Virus record (IMG/VR): IMGVR_UViG_3300032668_001907
Length of the DNA: 17,752 nucleotides
Direction: 5' to 3' (one strand)
Source of the DNA: a virus
Positions 1 to 6,577 of this stretch are shown here, piece by piece. Numbering within the stretch: the first letter of the stretch is position 1; every line of letters starts with the position of its first letter. The translations under genes were made by a program, and so were the position numbers. Below the pieces are notes generated by a model that saw only the letters and a program-made list of their open reading frames with translations, ran no database searches and was not told the origin of the DNA.

Positions 1-264
1 GGAGTTCAGCTTGCAACCGAGGATGTCAGCCTTCGACTTTGCTTCCTCGATCGTCAAGTAGACGCCGATGTTGCGGTCCGTGCGCCACGGACGGTGACCC
101 CACAGCTGGTACTGCGGTGACATCTGCGGAGGTGACCACATCTCGACGAAGCAATAGTCGATCTCACCGTTCGAACGTGCTGAACTCACCGCAGTCCATC
201 CTCCGAACAGGATGAGCATGATGATGAGCAACAATACTGTGATTCCAAACATTTTTTCGAGCAT
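1..264 (-). CDS. Hypothetical membrane-anchored protein. Partial: the 3' end runs off the window. N-terminus MLEKMFGITVLLLIIMLILFGGWTAVSSARSNGEIDYCFVEMWSPPQ...
   Basis: Open minus-strand frame from ATG near 264 to the window edge with no stops. It has an N-terminal hydrophobic helix and AAGGAA 13 nt upstream. Its start lies immediately downstream of the stop of the 283..468 ORF. It is absent from the ORF track only because it is truncated. Confidence 0.45.
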   Translation of the reverse strand, partial: MLEKMFGITVLLLIIMLILFGGWTAVSSARSNGEIDYCFVEMWSPPQMSPQYQLWGHRPWRTDRNIGVYLTIEEAKSKADILGCKLNS

Positions 265-282
265 GTTTTCCACGTTTTCCTT

Positions 283-468
283 TCAGTTCACGTCCATCTT
301 CGTCGCAGGAAATACAATTTCAGCAGGGTCTGCGTCCTTGATGTCGACCACAAGGATCGTCTCCTTGTGCACTGGGAAGGGCGTACCAAACCTCGTCAAA
401 AATGTCGACGTCCTTTCAAACCCCATCAGCATCAGGTGCAAGGACATCCAGTCAATGAAGCGCCTCAT
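283..468 (-). CDS. Hypothetical protein (61 aa)
   Basis: ATG-initiated ORF in the track, in the same orientation as the downstream minus gene. The competing plus ORF 212..472 is low-complexity S/T/F-rich. Confidence 0.3.
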   Translation of the reverse strand: MRRFIDWMSLHLMLMGFERTSTFLTRFGTPFPVHKETILVVDIKDADPAEIVFPATKMDVN

Positions 469-508
469 GTGAGGATTCTACCACCGTCGCTGTCCTATTT
501 ACACTGCA

Positions 509-601
509 ATGAGTTCTGATCTGAGGTTCGTGACAACGTTGTTCATGATGCTCACAATCGTCCTCGTCGCAGGGTATGTCTTCGCGCGGGTCTTCAATTG
601 A
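509..601 (+). CDS. Possible 30-aa hydrophobic peptide (MSSDLRFVTTLFMMLTIVLVAGYVFARVFN)
   Basis: Short ATG..TGA ORF encoding a single predicted TM helix inside the low-GC island. No clear SD. Confidence 0.2.
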   Translation: MSSDLRFVTTLFMMLTIVLVAGYVFARVFN

Positions 602-633
602 AAAACGCGTGACTACTTATTGTTGAGTTTCAA

Positions 634-1134
634 ATGTCAAACTTGTACGCAGGCGCTCTTGAAATTTCAGGAGCAGCAACGTTAGGTTCTCTTAACGTCA
701 TCGGTTCAACATCAAACGCTGGAAAGATGTTCGTGTCCGGAAACTTTTCAGCAGGTCAGAATTTGGGCTCTCCAAATGTTTTCACTGCAATCAATCAATG
801 GCTAACATCTTCATGGAAATCGAGCGTTACGACTAGTGGCAGTACGTCTATGCAGATCAATGCTCCTGGCTCGTATTTACACATTACGAATATGTCATTT
901 TCTGGTTCTGCAGGCGTCTACACGTTTGCAAAATTTGAAAACGGATATCCTGATCCAGATTGCATGGTTCAAACGACAATTGCGAACGGTCAACCTTTTC
1001 CTGTGAACGTTACGTTGTCAGACGTTGATATGTACAATACAAGTGACGTCGTTGACATTCGTGTAAAGAGCAACAACGCCGGTGCAAATTTTCAATTGAA
1101 CTTTGGTAACTTCATGATGCTCAAGGTGTTCTGA
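634..1134 (+). CDS. Hypothetical Ser/Gly/Asn/Thr-rich protein (166 aa), possibly a beta-rich surface or fibre-like protein
   Basis: Complete ORF with markedly lower GC than its neighbours. It has repeated G-S-x-N / N-F-x motifs and no recognisable catalytic motif. Confidence 0.5.
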   Translation: MSNLYAGALEISGAATLGSLNVIGSTSNAGKMFVSGNFSAGQNLGSPNVFTAINQWLTSSWKSSVTTSGSTSMQINAPGSYLHITNMSFSGSAGVYTFAKFENGYPDPDCMVQTTIANGQPFPVNVTLSDVDMYNTSDVVDIRVKSNNAGANFQLNFGNFMMLKVF

Positions 1135-1152
1135 GCTTTCATACTTATCAGA

Positions 1153-2031
1153 ATGAGGGTCAGGCTTTCAGAACTGCGTGTCGCGATACTCGATGTCCTC
1201 CTCGAAGCGATCGACCTTGACAGGCTAGCGAAACGGGGCCTTCGCGGGCGCACGCTGATGAGGTTGGGTTCACAGAATTGGGACGCTGACGAGACAGAAG
1301 AAGATGACTATGGCCTCAATGTCCCTGAAGAGGGAGACGATGAGCTCGTTCTCGTTGACAATAAAGGCGTCGTGGTCGCTAGCGTTTCAATCGAGGGAGA
1401 CAGTGACGGCGAATGGAAGGACATTGCATCGTTGTACGCACACACGCCCGCTGATGCTGTGACGATCATGATGGCAGCGCTTGGGTACTGGAGGGCGATC
1501 AACCCATCACAGAACGTGTCACCTGCAGCGCAGTCAGTGATCAAGCGCTATTATGATCAGTACAAGGACGATCCCACACGCATCATGCAGCAATCGAGCT
1601 CAACGCGTTGGCAACCATGGCTCACTGCAATCTATCTCGCTCCTTCGAACATGCCTGAGCCGAACGTCAAGACTCCTCGCAACATAGAACAGTTGCGATC
1701 CCTCCAAAGACAGTCAACCATTGGCTTCGGTCAGATATACAGAGACAAAACAAAGACACGAAAGCATGACCTCGAGCTCCTGTGCAAGCTGCACAACTGG
1801 ACAGAGGTCGTTGACCTGATCCATGATGCTGCTCGTGATGAGGACCCCGACTCACCCCTCGTGTGGAAGATCAGAAAGTGGGCGCATGATGATCCCGCTG
1901 GTTTGAAGCAGGTCATCGACAAGGTCCTGATGATGCCTGACTTCATGCGTTACGAGGTCAAGGAAGCGTTCAAGAAGTGGAACATCCCGCTCGGTGCGTT
2001 GAAGCCGTTACATGGTGAACCCGACCTGTGA
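1153..2031 (+). CDS. Hypothetical acidic protein (292 aa)
   Basis: Long ORF with protein-like composition. Its N-terminus MRVRLSELRVAILDVLLEA is paralogous to the N-terminus of the next ORF. Confidence 0.6.
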   Translation: MRVRLSELRVAILDVLLEAIDLDRLAKRGLRGRTLMRLGSQNWDADETEEDDYGLNVPEEGDDELVLVDNKGVVVASVSIEGDSDGEWKDIASLYAHTPADAVTIMMAALGYWRAINPSQNVSPAAQSVIKRYYDQYKDDPTRIMQQSSSTRWQPWLTAIYLAPSNMPEPNVKTPRNIEQLRSLQRQSTIGFGQIYRDKTKTRKHDLELLCKLHNWTEVVDLIHDAARDEDPDSPLVWKIRKWAHDDPAGLKQVIDKVLMMPDFMRYEVKEAFKKWNIPLGALKPLHGEPDL

Positions 2032-2052
2032 CGTGACAGTATAGTTACAAGC

Positions 2053-2382
2053 ATGAGAATCCGCATGGGCACGCTGCGACGCATCATCCACGAGGCGTTG
2101 CTCGATGAGGAAGCGGCGAACCACGCATGGCCCGGACAGCCTCAGGCGAAGAACGTGTTGTCGCCTGACATCAATAGCAGAGAACAACTCGGCGCGATCT
2201 CAGCGAAAGCGATCGATACTGTAAATGACGAAGATGGACTTCCTGAACATCTTCGTGAACCACAAGTAAAACCTAGCGACTGCTGGGGCCCAGTTCCCCC
2301 AGATTCGGACCCGGTTCATGTCAGCGCCGATCCATTTTCGAGGGACTACTCGCCCCTACCCACCGGGAACATCAAGAGATAG
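2053..2382 (+). CDS. Hypothetical protein (109 aa). Its N-terminal about 20 aa are paralogous to the 1153..2031 product.
   Basis: ORF starting MRIRMGTLRRIIHEALLDEE, compared with MRVRLSELRVAILDVLLEA upstream. The DNA similarity is visible over the first about 60 nt. Confidence 0.5.
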   Translation: MRIRMGTLRRIIHEALLDEEAANHAWPGQPQAKNVLSPDINSREQLGAISAKAIDTVNDEDGLPEHLREPQVKPSDCWGPVPPDSDPVHVSADPFSRDYSPLPTGNIKR

Positions 2383-2441
2383 ATCAATAGTACTACTTGT
2401 CTACGTACAATTTCAATTGTCGATCAATTACGATTAATCGT
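2383..2441. terminator. AT-rich convergent intergenic region with short palindromes (CAATTG, CGATTAATCG). Probable bidirectional transcription end zone.
   Basis: It lies between the plus gene ending at 2382 and the minus gene ending at 2442. AT-rich with palindromes, but no strong GC stem followed by a T-tract. Confidence 0.25.
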
Positions 2442-2705
2442 TTAAGCGCTGAGTTCCTCGAAGTCTGCGTCCCATGACGCGACCCATCCGTAAGTGTCAT
2501 TAGCAAGGACGAACAGGAAGTGCCCTGATCCTGTGTCTACCTCATCGTGCCGCGCCAGGAAGAGCGCGAGGCACCTTTTCCTGACCTCGAGGCCGGCTAG
2601 TGCGTACGCCTGATCGGAGTTGCTAATCCGTTTAGGCGCCCTTCGCATGATGATCGACCCTGAACCATCCTTCGGTCCCATGATGAGCAGATCACCCGTC
2701 AGCAT
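2442..2705 (-). CDS. Hypothetical protein (about 87 aa from ATG; the track lists a TTG start at 2711)
   Basis: Minus-strand ORF consistent with the leftward operon polarity. It contains a DTGSG tract, but the context does not fit a retropepsin fold. Confidence 0.35.
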   Translation of the reverse strand: MLTGDLLIMGPKDGSGSIIMRRAPKRISNSDQAYALAGLEVRKRCLALFLARHDEVDTGSGHFLFVLANDTYGWVASWDADFEELSA

Positions 2706-2822
2706 CGTCAACCATGCGTCTCAGTTGCTCGGCGAGCGTTCGCTTGATGACACACGTTTTCTCTCCCACGTGCAGGATGACGTAGTCACGTTCAGTCGAA
2801 CGGAAGAACGCATTTGCTTTTG

Positions 2823-3026
2823 TCACTGCTTCGACTGACCAGTCTTCTTCGCCACACACACCATTCTCGGTATTTCTGAGAACGTCAGATCATGCACTCT
2901 GTGCCATTCAGACACGATGCCACACTTACGACAAGTATCATCCTGTTCGAGGAGCTTAACAATACTGTCGCCTCTCGTGCTGTATTCGTCTAGTTTATGC
3001 ATGTTCACTTTCGTATGTAGTGCCAT
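2823..3026 (-). CDS. Hypothetical small protein (67 aa)
   Basis: ORF in the track. It overlaps the 3' end of the metalloprotease gene by 22 nt in another frame. Confidence 0.3.
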   Translation of the reverse strand: MALHTKVNMHKLDEYSTRGDSIVKLLEQDDTCRKCGIVSEWHRVHDLTFSEIPRMVCVAKKTGQSKQ

Positions 3027-3556
3027 CGATCTGTGTCAAAACGCGTGGGTCGACGTGCTGCACAACCGATGTCCTTGCACATGAGCGTCCCGTCGCAGGA
3101 GTGTTCGAGTCCCATGGCATGCCCAATTTCATGAGCGAATGTGATGACCATCTGGTCAGGCGTGTAGTCCTCATTCGCGTAGATGAACTGCCGGACAGTG
3201 ACGTCAGCGTGGCCCGTGAAATCGTTCCACACCGTCTTCCCCAGAGGTGAGAACTCCCCGCCTGGGTGGATGCAGATCTCCCTAGGCTCGTAGGTGCACT
3301 GCGTGATCCTCACCTCGTCGAACGGCTTGTCGTAAGGCAGTGCCTTCTCCCAATCAGAGATTGCCTCCTCTATCAGTGCGATGTCAGTGCTCGAGAATGC
3401 AGGGTCGATGTCTACGTTGTAGGAGCTCGGCGGCTTGTCGACTGGCTTCATCCCCTCGACGAGGCACACGGCGCCGCCGCAGCTCGCGAGCACCGCGACA
3501 GTCATGAGCGCCAGCGTCACCCTGCTCGGTGATTCACAACGTTCCCTTCTTTTCAT
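3005..3556 (-). CDS. Secreted lipoprotein zinc metalloprotease of the metzincin type (HEIGHAMGLEH motif with a Met-turn; snapalysin- or matrixin-like small protease)
   Basis: The N-terminus MKRRER-hydrophobic-LASC-GG has a bacterial lipobox (L-A-S-C). HExxHxxGxxH followed by ...GTLMC (a Met 7 residues after the third His) is the metzincin signature. Confidence 0.8.
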   Translation of the reverse strand: MKRRERCESPSRVTLALMTVAVLASCGGAVCLVEGMKPVDKPPSSYNVDIDPAFSSTDIALIEEAISDWEKALPYDKPFDEVRITQCTYEPREICIHPGGEFSPLGKTVWNDFTGHADVTVRQFIYANEDYTPDQMVITFAHEIGHAMGLEHSCDGTLMCKDIGCAARRPTRFDTDRWHYIRK

Positions 3557-4221
3557 TCACATGCACCCACGTCCAATGTATTGGATGGCCTAATACGTTG
3601 GTCTAAAGAGTTATCTTGGGCCAACGTGGGAGCCGTGGTGGCCAATTTAGAGGCCTTATGGGCTGCCCAATAAGCTTTGACACCTTCACTGATATTCTTA
3701 CGTGATTCTAGCGATCTTTTTTGTCCACGTAACGTTTTGCTGAGATTTGCTTTTTCTACGTCTGAAAGACGTCGCTTTGATGCAGCAATCGAAAGTCGTT
3801 GACGCGTTATTTCACTACGTTTTTCTCCCTTACATTTTCTTTGCGCATCAGCCATTCGTTTTCTTGTGAATTCAGAAGGAGGTTCGCGTCTCCGTCGTTT
3901 TTCGCTCATTTTGAGTTTAGATTCAGGACTAGCGTTTAATACGCCTTCGCCTCCATCAGTCAAATTCGATCCCCAGTGACCCTCAAGACCATGGTGAGTT
4001 TTCAACAGTGCAATCAATTCGACTTCACGGTCAAGTGCCCATCGTTCAACGAGCGTCTCAAAAACGATGATGCGTTTCTTGTGGCCGTGTTTTGCAACAA
4101 TATTCTTCCAAATCACGTTACGAGGTTTGACATTTTTCAGACGTCGCTTGTTGCCCTTTCCAACATAGAAAGGTCGATCATCACTTGTGATATCAATGTA
4201 AGTGTAATAACGTTTGAACAT
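3553..4221 (-). CDS. Free-standing GIY-YIG homing endonuclease with NUMOD3-type repeats (I-TevI/Seg-like)
   Basis: The N-terminus from the ATG at 4221 reads MFKRYYTYIDITSDDRPFYVGKG...R...E...N.TDGGEG, i.e. GIY...YVG plus the conserved R/E/N. The C-terminal half has repeated S-PE/-K--K-L-S-A--KR motifs. It is translationally coupled (TGATG overlap) to the upstream gene. GC is lower than the surroundings. Confidence 0.85.
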   Translation of the reverse strand: MFKRYYTYIDITSDDRPFYVGKGNKRRLKNVKPRNVIWKNIVAKHGHKKRIIVFETLVERWALDREVELIALLKTHHGLEGHWGSNLTDGGEGVLNASPESKLKMSEKRRRREPPSEFTRKRMADAQRKCKGEKRSEITRQRLSIAASKRRLSDVEKANLSKTLRGQKRSLESRKNISEGVKAYWAAHKASKLATTAPTLAQDNSLDQRIRPSNTLDVGACE

Positions 4222-4631
4222 CACGTTTCTTCCATTCCCTTCTCTGCCATGATCTCCTTGAGAAGGTTTCCCAACTCGACGTATTTTGAACCGAGAGTCA
4301 CGATGTCGACCTTGCTGAGTCGCTTCACGTCGTAGGAACATACGTACTTGGGACGCTTTGTGCCGAGACCAAAGAAGTCGAACACAGGTTGCAGTTGAAC
4401 GTATCCCTCCTTCTCGCGAAGTTGGACGCGCTTGCCGTTGAAGTCGCGATAGATACGTACACTCCTCCTGTACCTGCGACCTGCTACTACCTTGACGTAC
4501 TCTTCCTCGGGTTTGACAGGGACGGGCGCATGCTCACGCACGATCCTGTAGATCTCACCGCCCCAGCTCGCAGCTCTGACACAGACGAAGTCACCCTCAG
4601 CTAGGTTGTATTCAGCGAGCGTGCGTGTCAT
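4221..4631 (-). CDS. Hypothetical protein (136 aa)
   Basis: ATG ORF whose stop overlaps the HEG start. It lies in the same leftward operon. Confidence 0.5.
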   Translation of the reverse strand: MTRTLAEYNLAEGDFVCVRAASWGGEIYRIVREHAPVPVKPEEEYVKVVAGRRYRRSVRIYRDFNGKRVQLREKEGYVQLQPVFDFFGLGTKRPKYVCSYDVKRLSKVDIVTLGSKYVELGNLLKEIMAEKGMEET

Positions 4632-5265
4632 TCTCTTCCTCGATGATGTGTGACCATTTCTTCATGAGCTCAGTTCCCACCGCCTTTTCCATCAACAACT
4701 TGCTTTCTGCGCTGATCCCGACGGGCGTGGATCGCTTGCCAAATGCAGATCGTAGCCAAGATCGAAAAGATGACAGCCTCGATTGCGTGCGTGTGATCAA
4801 CCATCTGATGCCCTTCCATATCATCTTAACCCATGCAGGCCCGGAATTGCATCTCCTGTCGAGCCATGTTTCCATGCCCGGGTACTTGTAGTCAAGGTAG
4901 AAGATTCCTCCGACAGGTATCGTCATGGGTTGGATTGAAACGAGTTGTGGAGCACGTAGTAGTGGGAACGTACTCCTGACGAGAGGAAGCGCGAATTGCC
5001 CGAAGCCAGTGAAGTGCTTCGGTTCCTTACTCCACAACACGGTGATCTGCCTTACAACATTACTTTCGTACTCCACGGCAATGACGATGCCGAGGGAGCT
5101 GCGGTCGCCAGTGTGGGCAATCGTCCCCGCGTGGTACACCCAGTCACCGGGCGTGAGCGTGTTTCCTGCGTCCTTCGGATCGAAGTGACAGATGCAGGAT
5201 GGATGATCGTACCTGGTGAAAGGCGTTTCTACGTCAGGCCTCGTGTACGTCTTGAGCGAGCTCAC
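4612..5265 (-). CDS. Hypothetical protein (217 aa), member A of the small beta-barrel paralogue family. Motif: TPGDWV...GIVIAVEYESNVVRQITVLWS.
   Basis: A GTG start overlaps the upstream stop (GTGA). Its N-terminus MSSLKTYT matches paralogue D (SQLKTYT). It shares the family motif. Confidence 0.6.
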   Translation of the reverse strand: MSSLKTYTRPDVETPFTRYDHPSCICHFDPKDAGNTLTPGDWVYHAGTIAHTGDRSSLGIVIAVEYESNVVRQITVLWSKEPKHFTGFGQFALPLVRSTFPLLRAPQLVSIQPMTIPVGGIFYLDYKYPGMETWLDRRCNSGPAWVKMIWKGIRWLITRTQSRLSSFRSWLRSAFGKRSTPVGISAESKLLMEKAVGTELMKKWSHIIEEENDTHAR

Positions 5266-5568
5266 TTTTTCTTCTCTTCTGGGATGTCAAGTACGTTGAT
5301 TGTCCCGTAGAAATCCTTCCTAATCTTGGATTTCTCGTAGCGAGGAAGGATCCCTTTCCTCATTGTGAAGACGTTCGGATCGAACCACAACGCTAGCTTT
5401 GGGACAGTCGACCACAACACGCTGATGTTTGTGGCATCCAAAGACGTGACAATGCCGAACGCTTCCTCATCCTGACTGTGTATGACAAGCGCGCCTGGAA
5501 CGAGCGGCTTACCATCCACCACGATGAGAGGATGTGAGTCTGTTTCGTAGATGCGTAGCTCACCCATC
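5262..5568 (-). CDS. Hypothetical protein (about 101 aa from ATG), family member B (VPGALV...GIVTSLDATNISVLWS)
   Basis: ATG at about 5568 preceded by GGAG. The track extends it to a TTG at 5588. It overlaps the upstream gene's stop by a few nt. Confidence 0.55.
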
Positions 5569-5865
5569 CTTTTTCTCCACGATCGCAAGCAGGTCTTTCA
5601 TGATGTCTGCGTCGATCTGTTCTCGGATCTGCTCTGCTGCATTTGCGTTGACCCTCACGAGCAATTCAACGGGTATCGTCCACATGACATTTGCGGTCTC
5701 TGACTCAAGATCAGATGAGATGACGATGCCGTAAGAATCTGTCTCGCCCTTGTCCCGTTGAGACGTACCGAAGAACACCATGTCTCCCGGGAGAGGTACG
5801 TAGTCCTTTGTGAAGGGCTCGTACGCTTCCTGAAGAAACCTGAACTCTTCGGTGGTGAACTTCAT
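5560..5865 (-). CDS. Hypothetical protein (about 101 aa), family member C (LPGDMV...GIVISSDLESETANVMWT)
   Basis: The ATG at about 5865 forms an ATGA overlap with the stop of the upstream gene. The track ORF 5560..5925 includes an out-of-context N-terminal extension. Confidence 0.55.
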   Translation of the reverse strand: MKFTTEEFRFLQEAYEPFTKDYVPLPGDMVFFGTSQRDKGETDSYGIVISSDLESETANVMWTIPVELLVRVNANAAEQIREQIDADIMKDLLAIVEKKDG

Positions 5866-6176
5866 GTTTTCTTTTCGATGCTGGAGTCGAGCGCTGCCTC
5901 GAGATCTTTCGACGAAAGATTCCAACCAGAAGCAGACCTGAAGTCCTCCGCTGACTCAACTGTCCACGTAGCATCAAGCTTCCGTGACGTTGAGTTGATG
6001 CTCCACAGGACAGTGATCTGATACTCATCGTTCCTGTCAATTGCGATGACTAGTCCTTGGACGTTGTCGTACCGGTGCTTGACGGCATCGCCAGGCTTTG
6101 CGTCGAGGGCGATGACAGACGCTTCGTCGGTCACTTCATCGAACTTGAACCCGGTGTACGTTTTGAGTTGACTCAC
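5862..6176 (-). CDS. Hypothetical protein (about 104 aa), family member D (KPGDAV...GLVIAIDRNDEYQITVLWS)
   Basis: The GTG at about 6176 forms a GTGA overlap with the upstream stop and is preceded by AGGGGGA. Its N-terminus (M)SQLKTYT matches paralogue A. The track ORF to 6308 (GTG) is probably over-extended. Confidence 0.55.
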   Translation of the reverse strand: MSQLKTYTGFKFDEVTDEASVIALDAKPGDAVKHRYDNVQGLVIAIDRNDEYQITVLWSINSTSRKLDATWTVESAEDFRSASGWNLSSKDLEAALDSSIEKKT

Positions 6177-6493
6177 TCCATCCCCCTGCGCTTTGCTTCT
6201 TCGAGTATGACATTGTCGAGCCTCGTCCTCATCGTTGCTAGCTCCAGGAGCGTGACGTGGTGCCATCCTGACGGCGTCATTGTCTGCGTACGACACATCA
6301 CAGGCCACATGAAACCGACAGTGTCAATGACCGGGTCAAATGTGAAGTGATGCGTGTGCCTTAGGTCCCGGCGCGTCGATGCTTCGATGTGCGTTAGCCT
6401 GTAGATCTGACCGGTGTGATCACGATCGTACAGTTCATTCAGGAAGAACTCCCTGCCGTCGTACTCCCCACTCAGAAGGCTTTCTTCATCCAT
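6173..6493 (-). CDS. Hypothetical protein (106 aa), the first gene downstream of MVP
   Basis: ATG with GAGGT 9 nt upstream. Same strand and operon as MVP. Confidence 0.55.
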   Translation of the reverse strand: MDEESLLSGEYDGREFFLNELYDRDHTGQIYRLTHIEASTRRDLRHTHHFTFDPVIDTVGFMWPVMCRTQTMTPSGWHHVTLLELATMRTRLDNVILEEAKRRGME

Positions 6494-6520
6494 CTGTGAT
6501 ACCTCAGTTCATCATACGGC

Positions 6521-6555
6521 ATCGGGCCGCGAAGGACATGCCCCCGCGGCCCGAT
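6521..6555 (-). terminator. Perfect GC-rich hairpin (11-bp stem ATCGGGCCGCG/CGCGGCCCGAT, 13-nt loop) immediately 3' of the MVP gene. Putative partial terminator or attenuator.
   Basis: The inverted repeat is seen directly, and it sits 23 nt after the MVP stop. There is no strong U-tract on the minus transcript, so it is probably leaky or a processing/stability element. Confidence 0.45.
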
Positions 6556-6577
6556 GACTTTCATCGTGGCGTGTCGA

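Noticed and set aside
212-472. 86-aa plus ORF MSMMMSNN...
   Set aside because: Low-complexity S/F/T-rich product. It overlaps the start of a minus-strand membrane protein gene and the 283..468 minus ORF.
2442-2711. DTGSG tract, a possible retropepsin-like aspartic protease signature
   Set aside because: It sits only about 29 residues from the C-terminus of an 87-aa protein. The domain context (flap, GRD/GRN) is absent, so it is most likely a chance motif.
2712-3026. Possibility that 2442..2711 and 2823..3026 form one gene interrupted by a stop or read-through
   Set aside because: They share a frame, but an in-frame TGA sits immediately upstream of the 2711 start and the intervening 33 codons lack any start codon. 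They are treated as separate small genes.
5711-6040. Minus and plus alternative ORFs (5711..6040, 5758..6021, 6057..6350) within the paralogue array
   Set aside because: They are out of phase with the family genes, which are supported by the conserved motif and stop/start coupling.
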